A stretch of 64,000 nucleotides of DNA from Squalus acanthias. Taxonomy: Eukaryota. The translations under genes were made by a program, and so were the position numbers. The notes beneath the pieces are model-generated. The model ran no database searches. It had not been told where the DNA came from and worked only from the letters and a program-made list of their open reading frames with translations. Below, piece by piece: positions 33,387 to 48,300 of the stretch. The first letter of the stretch is position 1; every line of letters starts with the position of its first letter. The stretch covers positions 496,001-560,000 of the forward strand of contig JASTWF010000035.1 in the NCBI GenBank assembly GCA_030390025.1, given 5' to 3'.

Positions 33387-36300
33387 CTGTACACCTCTCC
33401 GCTCCCTGTACACCTCTCGCTTCACTGTACACCTCTCTCTTCACTGTACTCCTCTCCCTTCACTGCATACCTCTCCCTTCACTGTACTGCACTCCCTTCA
33501 CTGTACTCCTCTCCCTTCGCTGTACACGTCAACCTACGTTGTACACCTCTCCCTTCGATGTACACCTCTCCCTTCACTGTGCACCTCTCCCTTCGCTGTG
33601 CACCTCTCCCTTCACTGTACTCCTCTCCCTTCACTGTACACCTCTCCCTTCACTGTACTCCTCTCTCTTCACTGCACTACTCTCCCTTCACTGGACTCCT
33701 CTCCCTTCACTGTACACCTCTCCCTTCACTGTACGCCTCTCCCTTCACTTTACACCTCTCCCATCATTGTACACCTCTCCCTTCACTGTACTCCGCTCCC
33801 TTCACTGTACACCTCTCCCTTCACTGTACACCTCTCCCTTCACTGTAAACCTCTCCCTTCACTGTACACCTCTCCCTTCACTGTACACCTCTCCCTTCAC
33901 TGTACTCCTCTCCCTTCACTGTACTCCTATCCCTTCACTGTACTCCTCTCCGCTCCCTGTACACCTCTCCGCTCCCTGTACACCTCTCCGCTCTCTGTAC
34001 ACCTCTCGCTTCACTGTACACCTCTCTCTTCACTGTACTCCTCTCCATTCACTTTACTCCTATCCATTCACTGTACTCCTCTCCACCTCCTGTACACCTC
34101 TCCGCTCCCTGTACACCTCTCCGCTCCCTTTACACCTCTTGCTTCACTGTACACCTCTCCCTTCACCGTACTCCTCTCCCTTGACTGTATACCTCTCCCT
34201 TCACTGTACTGCTCTCACTTCACTGTACACCTCTCCCTTCGCTGTACTCCTCTCCCTTCACTGTAATCCTCTCCCTTCACTGTATACCTATCCCTTCACT
34301 GTACTCTTCTCACTTCACTGTAATCCTCTCCCTTCGCTGTACACGTCAACCTACGCTGTACACCTCTCCCTACGATGTACACCTCTCCCTTCGCTGTACA
34401 CCTCTCCCTTCACCGTACTCCTCTCCCTTCACTGTAGACCTCTCCCTTCACTGTACACCTCTCCATTCACTGTACTCCTCTCCCTTCACTGTACACCTCT
34501 CCCTTCACTGTACACCTCACCCTTCACTGTAATCAACTCCCTTCAACGTACACCTCTCCCTTCACTGTACACCTCTCCCTTCACTGTACTCGGCTCCCTT
34601 CACTGTACACCTAACCCTTCGCTGTACTCCTCTCCCTTCACTGAAATCCTCTCCATTCACGGTATACCTCTCCCTTCACTGTACACCTCTCCCTTCATGG
34701 TACACCTCACCTTTCACTGTACACCTCTCCCTTCACTGTACACCTGTCCCTTCACTGTACTCCTCTCCCTTCACTGTACACCTTTCACTTCACTGTACTC
34801 CTCTCCCTTCACTGTACACCTTTCACTTCACTGTACTCATCTCCCTTCACTGTACACCTCTCCCTTCACTGTACTCCTCTCCCTTCACTGTACACCTCTC
34901 CCTTCACTGTACACCTTTCCCTTCACTGTACTCCTCTCCCTTCACTGTACACCTCTCCCTTCACTGTACGCCTCTCCCTTCACTTTACACATCTCTCTTC
35001 ACTGTACACTTCTACCTTCACTGTACACCTCTCCCTTCACTGTACTCCTCTCCCTTCACTGTTCACCTCTCCCTTCACTGTACACCTCTCCCTTCACTGT
35101 ACACCTCTCCCTTCACTGTACTCCTCTCCTTTCACTCTACTCCTATCCCTTCACTGTACTCCTATCCCTTCACTGTACTCCTCTCCTTTCACTCTACTCC
35201 TATCCCTTCACTGTACTCCTCTCCGTTCCCTGTACACCTCTCCCTTCACTGTACTCCTCTCCTTTCACTGTACTCCTCTCCTTTCACTCTACTCCTATCC
35301 CTTCACTGTACACCTCTCCGCTCCCTGTACACCTCTCCGCTCTCTGTACACCTCTCCCTTCACTGTACACCTCTCCCTTCACTGTACTCCTCTCCCTTCA
35401 CTGTACTCCTCTCCCTTCACTGTACACCTCTCCCTTCACTGTACTCTTCTCCCTTCACTGTACACCTCTCCCTTCGCTTTACACGTCAACCTACGCTGTA
35501 CACCTCTCCCTTCGCTGTACACCTCTCCCTTCACTGTACTCCTCTCCCTTCACTGTACACCTCTCCCTTCACTGCACACCTCTCCCTTCACTGTACTCCT
35601 CTCCCTTCACTGTACACCTCTCCCTTCACTGTACACCTCTCCCTTCACTGTATACCTCTCCCTTCACTGTACACCTCTCCCTTCACTGCACACCTCTCCC
35701 TTCACTGTACTCCTCTCCCTTCACTGTACACCTCTCCCTTCACTGTACTCCTCTCTCTTCACTGTACACCTCTCCCTTCACTGTACACCTAACCCTTCAC
35801 TGTACTCCTCTCCCTTCACTGTACACCTCTCCCTTCACTGTACTCCTCTCCCTTCACTGTACACCTCTCCATTCACTGTACACCTCTCCCTTCACTGTAC
35901 TCCTCTCCCTTCACTGTATAACTCTCCCTTCACTGTACTCCTCACCCATCACTGTACAAATCCCCTACGCTGTACACCTCTTCCTTCACTGTACTCCTCT
36001 CCCTTCACTGTACACCTCTCCCTTCATTTACACCTCTCTCTTCAGTGTACCCCTCTCCCTTCACTGTACACCTCTCCCTTCACTGTGCTCCTCACCTTTC
36101 ACTGTACTCCTCTCCCTTCACTGTACACCTCTCCCTTCACTGTACTCCTCTCTCTTCACTGTACTCCTCTCCCTTCACTGTAGACCTTTCCCTTCACTGT
36201 ACTCATCTCCCTTCACTGTACACCTCTCCCTTCACTGTACACCTCTCCCTTCACTGTTCACCTCTCCCTTCACTGTACACCTCTCCCTTCACTGTACACC

Positions 36301-39300
36301 TCTCCCTTCACTGTACTCCTCTCCCTTCACTGTACTCCTCTCCGCTCCCTGTACACCTCTCCGCTCCCTGTACACCTCTCCGCTCTCTGTACACCTCTCG
36401 CTTCACTGTACACCTCTCTCTTCACTGTACTCCTCTCCCTTCACTGTACTCCTATCCCTTCACTGTACTCCTCTCCGCCTCCTGTACACCTCTCCGCTCC
36501 CTGTACACCTCTCCGCTCCCTGTACACCTCTCGCTTCACTGTACACCTCTCTCTTCACTGTACTCCTCTCCCTTCACTGTATACCTCTCCCTTCACTGTA
36601 CTGCACTCCCTTCACTGTACTCCTCTCCCTTCGCTGTACACGTCAACCTACTCTGTACACCTCTCCCTTCGCTGTACACCTCTCCCTTCACTGTACTCCT
36701 CTCTCTTCACTGTACACCTCTCCCTTCACTGTACACCTAACCCTTCACTGTACTCCTCTCCCTTCACTGTACACCTCTCCCTTCACTGTACTCCTCTCCC
36801 TTCATTGTACACCTCTCCATTCACTGTACACCTCTCCCTTCACTGTACTCCTCTCTCTTCACTGTACACCTCTCCCTTCACTGTACACCTCTCCCTTCAC
36901 TTTACACCTCTCTCTTCAGTGTACCCCTCTCCCTTCACTGTACACCTCTCCCTTCACTGTACACCTCTCCCTTCACTCTACTCCTCTCTCTTCACTGTAC
37001 TCCTCTCCCTTCTCTGTAGACCTTTCCCTTCACTGTACTCATCTCCCTTCACTGTACACCTCTCCCTTCACTGTACACCTCTCCCTTCACTGTACACCTC
37101 TCCCTTCACTGTACTCCTTTCCCTTCACTGTACACCTCTCCCTTCACTGTACACCTCTCCCTTCACTGTACACCTCTCCCTTCACTGTACTCATCTCCCT
37201 TCACTGTACACTCTCCCTTCACTGTACTCATCTCCCTTCACTGTACACCTCTCCCTTCACTGTACACCTCTCCCTTCACTGTACACCTCTCCCTTCACTG
37301 TACACCTCTCCCTTCACTGTACTCCTCTCCCTTCACTGTACTCCTCTCCCTTCACTGTACACCTCTCCCTTCACTGTAAACCTCTCCCTTCACTGTACTC
37401 CTCTCCGCCCCCTGTACACCTCTCCCTTCACTGTACTCCTCTCCCTTCAATGTACTCCTATCCCTTCACTGTACTCCTCTCCGCCCCTGTACACCTCTCC
37501 GCTCCCTGTACACCTCTCCGCTCCCTGTACACCTCTCGCTTCACTGTACACCTCTCTCTTCACTGTACTGCACTCCCTTCACTGTACTCCTCTCCCTTCG
37601 CTGTACACGTCAACCTACTCTGTACACCTCTCCCTTCGCTGTACACCTCTCCCTTCACTGTACACCTCTCCCTTCGCTGTACACCTCTCCCTTCACTGTA
37701 CTCCTCTCCCTTCACTGTACACCTCTCCCTTCACTGTACTCCTCTCTCTTCACTGCACTACTCTCCCTTCACTGGACTCCTCTCCCTTCACTGTACACCT
37801 CTCCCTTCACTGTACGCCTCTCCCTTCACTTTACACCTCTCCCATCACTGTACACCTCTCCCTTCACTGTACTCCGCTCCCTTCACTGTACACCTCTCCC
37901 TTCACTGTACTCCTCTCCCTTCACTGTACACCTCTCCCTTCACTGCACACCTCTCCCTTCACTGTACTCCTCTCCCTTCACTGTACACCTCTCCCTTCAC
38001 TGTACACCTCTCCCTTCACTGTACTCCTCTCCCTTCACTGCACACCTCTCCCTTCACTGTACTCCTCTCCCTTCACTGTACACCTCTCCCTTCGCTGTAC
38101 ACGTCTCCCTTCACTGTACTCCTCTCCCTTCACTGTACTCCTCTCCCTTCACTGTACACCTCTCCCTTCACTGTACTCCTCTCCCTTCACTGTACACCTC
38201 TCCCTTCACTGTACTCCTCTCTCTTCACTGTACACCTCTCCCTTCACTGTACACCTAACCCTTCACTGTACTCCTCTCCCTTCACTGTACACCTCTCCCT
38301 TCACTGTACTCCTCTCCCTTCACTGTACACCTCTCCATTCACTGTACACCTCTCCCTTCACTGAACTCCTCTCCCTTCACTGTATAACTCTCCCTTCGCT
38401 GTACTCCTATCCCTTCACTGTACTCTTCTCACTTCACTGTACTCCTCTCCCTTCGCTGTACACGTCAACCTGCGCTGTACACCTCTCCCTACGATGTACA
38501 CCTCTCCCTTCGCTGTACACCTCTCCCTTCACCGTACTCCTCTCTCTTCAGTGTACCCCTCTCCCTTCACTGTACACCTCTCCCTTCACTGTGCTCCTCA
38601 CCTTTCACTGTACTCCTCTCCCTTCACTGTACACCTCTCCCTTCACTGTACTCCTCTCCGCTCCCTGTACACCTCTCCCTTCACTGTACTCCTCTCCCTT
38701 CACTGTAGACCTTTCCCTTCACTGTACTCATCTCCCTTCACTGTACACCTCTCCCTTCACTGTACACCTCTCCCTTCACTGTTCACCTCTCCCTTCACTG
38801 TACACCTCTCCCTTCACTGTACACCTCTCCCTTCACTGTACTCCTCTCCCTTCACTGTACACCTCGCCCTTCACTGTACACCTCTCCCTTCACTGTACAC
38901 CTCTCCCTTCACTGTACACCTCTCCCTTCACTGTACTCCTCTCCCTTCACTGTACACCTCTCCCTTCACTGTACTCCTCTCCCTTCACTGTACACCTCTC
39001 CCTTCGCTGTACACGTCTCCCTTCACTGTACTCCTCTCCCTTCACTGTACTCCTCTCCCTTCACTGTACACCTCTCCCTTCACTGTACTCCTCTCCCTTC
39101 ACTGTACACCTCTCCCTTCACTGTACTCCTCTCTCTTCACTGTACACCTCTCCCTTCACTGTACACCTAACCCTTCACTGTACTCCTCTCCCTTCACTGT
39201 ACACCTCTCCCTTCACTGTACACCTATCCCTTCACTGTACTCGGCTCCCTTCACTGTACACCTAACCCTTCGCTGTACTCCTCTCCCTTCACTGAAATCC

Positions 39301-42300
39301 TCTCCATTCACGGTATACCTCTCCCTTCACTGTACACCTCTCCCTTCATGGTACACCTCACCTTTCACTGTACACCTCTCCCTTCACTGTACACCTGTCC
39401 CTTCACTGTACTCCCTCCCTTCACTGTACACCTTTCACTTCACTGTACTCCTCTCCCTTCACTGTACACCTTTCACTTCACTGTACTCATCTCCCTTCAC
39501 TGTACACCTCTCCCTTCACTGTACTCCTCTCCCTTCACTGTACACCTCTCCCTTCACTGTACACCTTTCCCTTCACTGTACTCCTCTCCCTTCACTGTAC
39601 ACCTCTCCCTTCACTGTACGCCTCTCCCTTCACTTTACACATCTCTCTTCACTGTACACTTCTACCTTCACTGTACACCTCTCCCTTCACTGTACTCCTC
39701 TCCCTTCACTGTTCACCTCTCCCTTCACTGTACACCTCTCCCTTCACTGTACTCCTCTCCTTTCACTCTACTCCTATCCCTTCACTGTACTCCTATCCCT
39801 TCACTGTACTCCTCTCCTTTCACTCTACTCCTATCCCTTCACTGTACTCCTCTCCGTTCCCTGTACACCTCTCCCTTCACTGTACTCCTCTCCTTTCACT
39901 GTACTCCTCTCCTTTCACTCTACTCCTATCCCTTCACTGTACACCTCTCCGCTCCCTGTACACCTCTCCGCTCTCTGTACACCTCTCCCTTCACTGTATA
40001 CCTCTCTCTTCACTGTAATTCTCTCCGCCCCCTGTACACCTCTCCGCTCCCTGTACACCTCTCTGCTCCCTGAACACCTCTCGCTTCACTGTACACCTCT
40101 CTCTTCACTGTACTCCTCTCCCTTGATTGTACACCTCTCCCTTCACTGTACTCCTCTCCCTTCACTGTACTCCTCTCCCTTCGCTGTACACCTCTCCCTT
40201 CACTGTACTCCTCTCCCTTCACTGTACACCTCTCCCTTCACTGCACACCTCTCCCTTCACTGTACTCCTCTCCCTTCACTGTACACCTCTCCCTTCACTG
40301 TACACCTCTCCCTTCACTGTATACCTCTCCCTTCACTGTACTCTTCTCCCTTCACTGTACACCTCTCCCTTCGCTTTACACGTCAACCTACGCTGTACAC
40401 CTCTCCCTTCGCTGTACACCTCTCCCTTCACTGTACTCCTCTCCCTTCACTGTACACCTCTCCCTTCACTGCACACCTCTCCCTTCACTGTACTCCTCTC
40501 CCTTCACTGTACACCTCTCCCTTCACTGTACTCCTCTCTCTTCACTGTACACCTCTCCCTTCACTGTACACCTAACCCTTCACTGTACTCCTCTCCCTTC
40601 ACTGTACACCTCTCCCTTCACTGTACTCCTCTCCCTTCACTGTACACCTCTCCATTCACTGTACACCTCTCCCTTCACTGTACCCCTCTCCCTTCACTGT
40701 ATAACTCTCCCTTCACTGTACTCCTCACCCATCACTGTACAAATCCCCTACGCTGTACACCTCTTCCTTCACTGTACTCCTCTCCCTTCACTGTACACCT
40801 CTCCCTTCACTTTACACCTCTCTCTTCAGTGTACCCCTCTCCCTTCACTGTACACCTCTCCCTTCACTGTGCTCCTCACCTTTCACTGTACTCCTCTCCC
40901 TTCACTGTACACCTCTCCCTTCACTGTACTCCTCTCTCTTCACTGTACTCCTCTCCCTTCACTGTAGACCTTTCCCTTCACTGTACTCATCTCCCTTCAC
41001 TGTACACCTCTCCCTTCACTGTACACCTCTCCCTTCACTGTTCACCTCTCCCTTCACTGTACACCTCTCCCTTCACTGTACACCTCTCCCTTCACTGTAC
41101 TCCTCTCCCTTCACTGTACTCCTCTCCGCTCCCTGTACACCTCTCCGCTCCCTGTACACCTCTCCGCTCTCTGTACACCTCTCGCTTCACTGTACACCTC
41201 TCTCTTCACTGTACTCCTCTCCCTTCACTGTACTCCTATCCCTTCACTGTACTCCTCTCCGCCTCCTGTACACCTCTCCGCTCCCTGTACACCTCTCCGC
41301 TCCCTGTACACCTCTCGCTTCACTGTACACCTCTCTCTTCACTGTACTCCTCTCCCTTCACTGTATACCTCTCCCTTCACTGTACTGCACTCCCTTCACT
41401 GTACTCCTCTCCCTTCGCTGTACACGTCAACCTACTCTGTACACCTCTCCCTTCGCTGTACACCTCTCCCTTCACTGTACTCCTCTCTCTTCACTGTACA
41501 CCTCTCCCTTCACTGTACACCTAACCCTTCACTGTACTCCTCTCCCTTCACTGTACACCTCTCCCTTCACTGTACTCCTCTCCCTTCATTGTACACCTCT
41601 CCATTCACTGTACACCTCTCCCTTCACTGTACTCCTCTCTCTTCACTGTACACCTCTCCCTTCACTGTACACCTCTCCCTTCACTTTACACCTCTCTCTT
41701 CAGTGTACCCCTCTCCCTTCACTGTACACCTCTCCCTTCACTGTACACCTCTCCCTTCACTCTACTCCTCTCTCTTCACTGTACTCCTCTCCCTTCTCTG
41801 TAGACCTTTCCCTTCACTGTACTCATCTCCCTTCACTGTACACCTCTCCCTTCACTGTACACCTCTCCCTTCACTGTACACCTCTCCCTTCACTGTACTC
41901 CTTTCCCTTCACTGTACACCTCTCCCTTCACTGTACACCTCTCCCTTCACTGTACACCTCTCCCTTCACTGTACTCATCTCCCTTCACTGTACACCTCTC
42001 CCTTCACTGTACTCATCTCCCTTCACTGTACACCTCTCCCTTCACTGTACACCTCTCCCTTCACTGTACACCTCTCCCTTCACTGTACACCTCTCCCTTC
42101 ACTGTACTCCTCTCCCTTCACTGTACTCCTCTCCCTTCACTGTACACCTCTCCCTTCACTGTAAACCTCTCCCTTCACTGTACTCCTCTCCGCCCCCTGT
42201 ACACCTCTCCCTTCACTGTACTCCTCTCCCTTCAATGTACTCCTATCCCTTCACTGTACTCCTCTCCGCCCCCTGTACACCTCTCCGCTCCCTGTACACC

Positions 42301-45300
42301 TCTCCGCTCCCTGTACACCTCTCGCTTCACTGTACACCTCTCTCTTCACTGTACTGCACTCCCTTCACTGTACTCCTCTCCCTTCGCTGTACACGTCAAC
42401 CTACTCTGTACACCTCTCCCTTCGCTGTACACCTCTCCCTTCACTGTACACCTCTCCCTTCGCTGTACACCTCTCCCTTCACTGTACTCCTCTCCCTTCA
42501 CTGTACACCTCTCCCTTCACTGTACTCCTCTCTCTTCACTGCACTACTCTCCCTTCACTGGACTCCTCTCCCTTCACTGTACACCTCTCCCTTCACTGTA
42601 CGCCTCTCCCTTCACTTTACACCTCTCCCATCACTGTACACCTCTCCCTTCACTGTACTCCGCTCCCTTCACTGTACACCTCTCCCTTCACTGTACTCCT
42701 CTCCCTTCACTGTACACCTCTCCCTTCACTGCACACCTCTCCCTTCACTGTACTCCTCTCCCTTCACTGTACACCTCTCCCTTCACTGTACACCTCTCCC
42801 TTCACTGTACTCCTCTCCCTTCACTGCACACCTCTCCCTTCACTGTACTCCTCTCCCTTCACTGTACACCTCTCCCTTCGCTGTACACGTCTCCCTTCAC
42901 TGTACTCCTCTCCCTTCACTGTACTCCTCTCCCTTCACTGTACACCTCTCCCTTCACTGTACTCCTCTCCCTTCACTGTACACCTCTCCCTTCACTGTAC
43001 TCCTCTCCCTTCACTGTACACCTCTCCCTTCACTGTACACCTCACCCTTCACTGTACTCCTCTCCCTTCACTGTACACCTCTCCCTTCACTGTACTCCTC
43101 TCCCTTCACTGTACACCTCTCCATTCACTGTACACCTCTCCCTTCACTGTACTCCTCTCCCTTCACTGTATAACTCTCCCTTCGCTGTACTCCTATCCCT
43201 TCACTGTACTCTTCTCACTTCACTGTACTCCTCTCCCTTCGCTGTACACGTCAACCTACGCTGTACACCTCTCCCTACGATGTACACCTCTCCCTTCGCT
43301 GTACACCTCTCCCTTCACCGTACTCCTCTCTCTTCAGTGTACCCCTCTCCCTTCACTGTACACCTCTCCCTTCACTGTGCTCCTCACCTTTCACTGTACT
43401 CCTCTCCCTTCACTGTACACCTCTCCCTTCACTGTACTCCTCTCCGCTCCCTGTACACCTCTCCCTTCACTGTACTCCTCTCCCTTCACTGTAGACCTTT
43501 CCCTTCACTGTACTCATCTCCCTTCACTGTACACCTCTCCCTTCACTGTACACCTCTCCCTTCACTGTTCACCTCTCCCTTCACTGTACACCTCTCCCTT
43601 CACTGTACACCTCTCCCTTCACTGTACTCCTCTCCCTTCACTGTACACCTCGCCCTTCACTGTACACCTCTCCCTTCACTGTACACCTCTCCCTTCACTG
43701 TACACCTCTCCCTTCACTGTACTCCTCTCCCTTCACTGTACACCTCTCCCTTCACTGTACTCCTCTCCCTTCACTGTACACCTCTCCCTTCGCTGTACAC
43801 GTCTCCCTTCACTGTACTCCTCTCCCTTCACTGTACTCCTCTCCCTTCACTGTACACCTCTCCCTTCACTGTACTCCTCTCCCTTCACTGTACACCTCTC
43901 CCTTCACTGTACTCCTCTCTCTTCACTGTACACCTCTCCCTTCACTGTACACCTAACCCTTCACTGTACTCCTCTCCCTTCACTGTACACCTCTCCCTTC
44001 ACTGTACTCCTCTCCCTTCACTGTACACCTCTCCATTCACTGTACACCTCTCCCTTCACTGTACTCCTCTCCCTTCACTGTATAACTCTCCCTTCGCTGT
44101 ACTCCTATCCCTTCACTGTACTCTTCTCACTTCACTGTACTCCTCTCCCTTCGCTGTACACGTCAACCTACGCTGTACACCTCTCCCTACGATGTACACC
44201 TCTCCCTTCGCTGTACACCTCTCCCTTCACCGTACTCCTCTCTCTTCAGTGTACCCCTCTCCCTTCACTGTACACCTCTCCCTTCACTGTGCTCCTCACC
44301 TTTCACTGTACTCCTCTCCCTTCACTGTACACCTCTCCCTTCACTGTACTCCTCTCCGCTCCCTGTACACCTCTCCCTTCACTGTACTCCTCTCCCTTCA
44401 CTGTAGACCTTTCCCTTCACTGTACTCATCTCCCTTCACTGTACACCTCTCCCTTCACTGTACACCTCTCCCTTCACTGTTCACCTCTCCCTTCACTGTA
44501 CACCTCTCCCTTCACTGTACACCTCTCCCTTCACTGTACTCCTCTCCCTTCACTGTACACCTCGCCCTTCACTGTACACCTCTCCCTTCACTGTACACCT
44601 CTCCCTTCACTGTACACCTCTCCCTTCACTGTACTCCTCTCCCTTCACTGTACACCTCTCCCTTCACTGTACTCCTCTCCCTTCACTGTACACCTCTCCC
44701 TTCACTGTACACGTCTCCCTTCACTGTACTCCTCTCCCTTCACTGTACTCCTCTCCCTTCACTGTACACCTCTCCCTTCACTGTACTCCTCTCCCTTCAC
44801 TGTACACCTCTCCCTTCACTGTACTCCTCTCTCTTCACTGTACACCTCTCCCTTCACTGTACACCTAACCCTTCACTGTACTCCTCTCCCTTCACTGTAC
44901 ACCTCTCCCTTCACTGTACTCCTCTCCCTTCACTGTACACCTCTCCATTCACTGTACACCTCTCCCTTCACTGTACTCCTCTCCCTTCACTGTTACACCT
45001 CTCCCTTCGCTGTACTCCTCTCCCTTCACTGTACTCTCTCACTTCACTGTACTCCTCTCCCTTCGCTGTACACGTCAACCTACGCTGTACACCTCTCCCT
45101 ACGATGTACACCTCTCCCTTCGCTGTACACCTCTCCCTTCACCGTACTCCTCTCTCTTCAGTGTACCCCTCTCCCTTCACTGTACACCTCTCCCTTCACT
45201 GTGCTCCTCACCTTTCACTGTACTCCTCTCCCTTCACTGTACACCTCTCCCTTCACTGTACTCCTCTCCGCTCCCTGTACACCTCTCCCTTCACTGTACT

Positions 45301-48300
45301 CCTCTCCCTTCACTGTAGACCTTTCCCTTCACTGTACTCATCTCCCTTCACTGTACACCTCTCCCTTCACTGTACACCTCTCCCTTCACTGTTCACCTCT
45401 CCCTTCACTGTACACCTCTCCCTTCACTGTACACCTCTCCCTTCACTGTACTCCTCTCCCTTCACTGTACACCTCGCCCTTCACTGTACACCTCTCCCTT
45501 CACTGTACACCTCTCCCTTCACTGTACACCTCTCCCTTCACTGTACTCCTCTCCCTTCACTGTACACCTCTCCCTTCACTGTACTCCTCTCCCTTCACCG
45601 TACACCTCGCCCTTCACTGTACTCCTTTCCCTTCGCTGTACTCCTCTCCGCTCCCTGTACACCTCTCCGCTCCCTGTACACCTCTCCGCTCTCTGTACAC
45701 CTCTCGCTTCACTGTACACCTCTCTCTTCACTGTACTGCACTCCCTTCACTGTACACCTCTCCCTTCGCTGTACACGTCAACCTACGCTGCACACCTCTC
45801 CCTTCGCTGTACACCTCTCCCTTCACTGTACACCTCTCCCTTCGCTGTACACCTCTCCCTTCACTGTACTCCTCTCCCTTCACTGTACACCTCTCCCTTC
45901 ACTGTACGCCTCTCCCTTCACTTTACACCTCTCCCATCACTGTACACCTCTCCCTTCACTGTACTCCGCTCCCTTCACTGTACACCTCTCCCTTCACTGT
46001 ACACCTCTCCCTTCACTGTAAACCTCTCCCTTCACTGTACACCTCTCCCTTCACTGTACACCTCTCACTTCACTGTACTCCTCTCCCTTCACTGTACTCC
46101 TATCCCTTCACTGTACTCCTCTCCGCTCCCTGTACACCTCTCCGCTCCCTGTACACCTCTCTGCTCTCTGTACACCTCTCGCTTCACTGTACACCTCTCT
46201 CTTCACTGTACTCCTCTCCATTCACTTTACTCCTATCCATTCACTGTACTCCTCTCCACCCCCTGTACACCTCTCCGCTCCCTGTACACCTCTCCGCTCC
46301 CTTTACACCTCTCGCTTCACTGTACTCCTCTCCCTTGACTGTATACCTCCCACTTCACTGTACTCCTCTCACTTCACTGTACACCTCTCCCTTCGCTGTA
46401 CTCCTCTCCCTTCACTGTAATCCTCTCCCTTCGCTGTACACGTCAACCTACGCTGTACACCTCTCCCTACGATGTACACCTCTCCCTTCGCTGTACACCT
46501 CTCCCTTCACCATACTCTTCTCCCTTCACTGTAGACCTCTCCCTTCACTGTACACCTCTCCCTTCACTGTACTCCTCTCCCTTCACTGTACACCTCTCCC
46601 TTCACTGTACACCTCAACCTTCACTGTACTCAACTCCCTTCAATGTACACCTCTCCCTTCACTGTACTCCTCTCCCTTCACTGTACTCCTCTCCCTTCAC
46701 TGTACACCTCTCCCTTCACTGTACACCTCACCCTTCACTGTAATCAACTCCCTTCAACGTACACCTCTCCCTTCACTGTACACCTCTCCCTTCAATGTAC
46801 TCGGCTCCCTTCACTGTACACCTATCCCTTCGCTGTACTCCTCTCCCTTCACTGTAATCCTCTCCATTCACGGTATACCTCTCCCTTCACTGTACACCTC
46901 TCCCTTCACTGTACACCTGTCCCTTCACTGTACTCCTCTCCCTTCACTGTACACCTTTCACTTCACTGTACTCCTCTCCCTTCACTGTACACCTTTCACT
47001 TCACTGTACTCCTCTCCCTTCACTGTACACCTCTCCCTTCACTGTACTCCTCTCCCTTCACTGTACACCTCTCCCTTCACTGTACACCTTTCCGTTCACT
47101 GTACTCCTCTCCCTTCACTGTACACCTCTCCCTTCACTGTACGCCTCTCCCTTCACTTTACACCTCTCCCTTCACTGTACACCTCTCCCTTCACTGTACT
47201 CCTCTCTCTTCACTGTACACTTCTCCCTTCACTGTACACCTCTCCCTTCACTGTACTCCTCTCCCTTCACTGTTCACCTCTCCCTTCACTGTACACCTCT
47301 CCCTTCACTGTACACCTCTCTCTTCACTGTACTCCTCTCCTTTCACTCTACTCCTATCCCTTCACTGTACTCCTCTCCGTTCCCTGTACACCTCTCCGCT
47401 CCCTGTACACCTCTCCGCTCTCTGTACACCTCTCCCTTCACTGCACTCCTCTCCCTTCACTGTACACCTCTCCCTTCACTGTACTCCTCTCCCTTCACTG
47501 TACACCTCTCCCTTCACTGTAATCCTCTCTCTTCACTGTACTCCTCTCCCTTCACTGTAGACCTTTCCCTTCACTGTACTCATCTCCCTTCACTGTACAC
47601 CTCTCCCTTCACTGTACACCTCTCCCTTCACTGTTCACCTCTCCCTTCACTGTACACCTCTCCCTTCACTGTACACCTCTCCCTTCACTGTACTCCTCTC
47701 CCTTCACTGTACACCTCTCCCTTCACTGTACTCCTTTCCCTTCGCTGTACTCCTCTCCGCTCCCTGTACACCTCTCCGCTCCCTGTACACCTCTCCGCTC
47801 TCTGTACACCTCTCGCTTCACTGTACACCTCTCTCTTCACTGTACTGCACTCCCTTCACTGTACACCTCTCCCTTCGCTGTACACGTCAACCTACGCTGT
47901 ACACCTCTCCCTTCGCTGTACATCTCTCCCTTCACTGTACACCTCTCCCTTCGCTGTACACCTCTCCCTTCACTGTACTCCTCTCCCTTCACTGTACACC
48001 TCATCTTCACTGTACGCCTCTCCCTTCACTTTACACCTCTCCCATCACTGTACACCTCTCCCTTCACTGTACTCCGCTCCCTTCACTGTACACCTCTCCC
48101 TTCACTGTACACCTCTCCCTTCACTGTAAACCTCTCCCTTCACTGTACACCTCTCCCTTCACTGTACACCTCTCCCTTCACTGTACTCCTCTCCCTTCAC
48201 TGTACTCCTATCCCTTCACTGTACTCCTCTCCGCTCCCTGTACACCTCTCCGCTCCCTGTACACCTCTCTGCTCTCTGTACACCTCTCGCTTCACTGTAC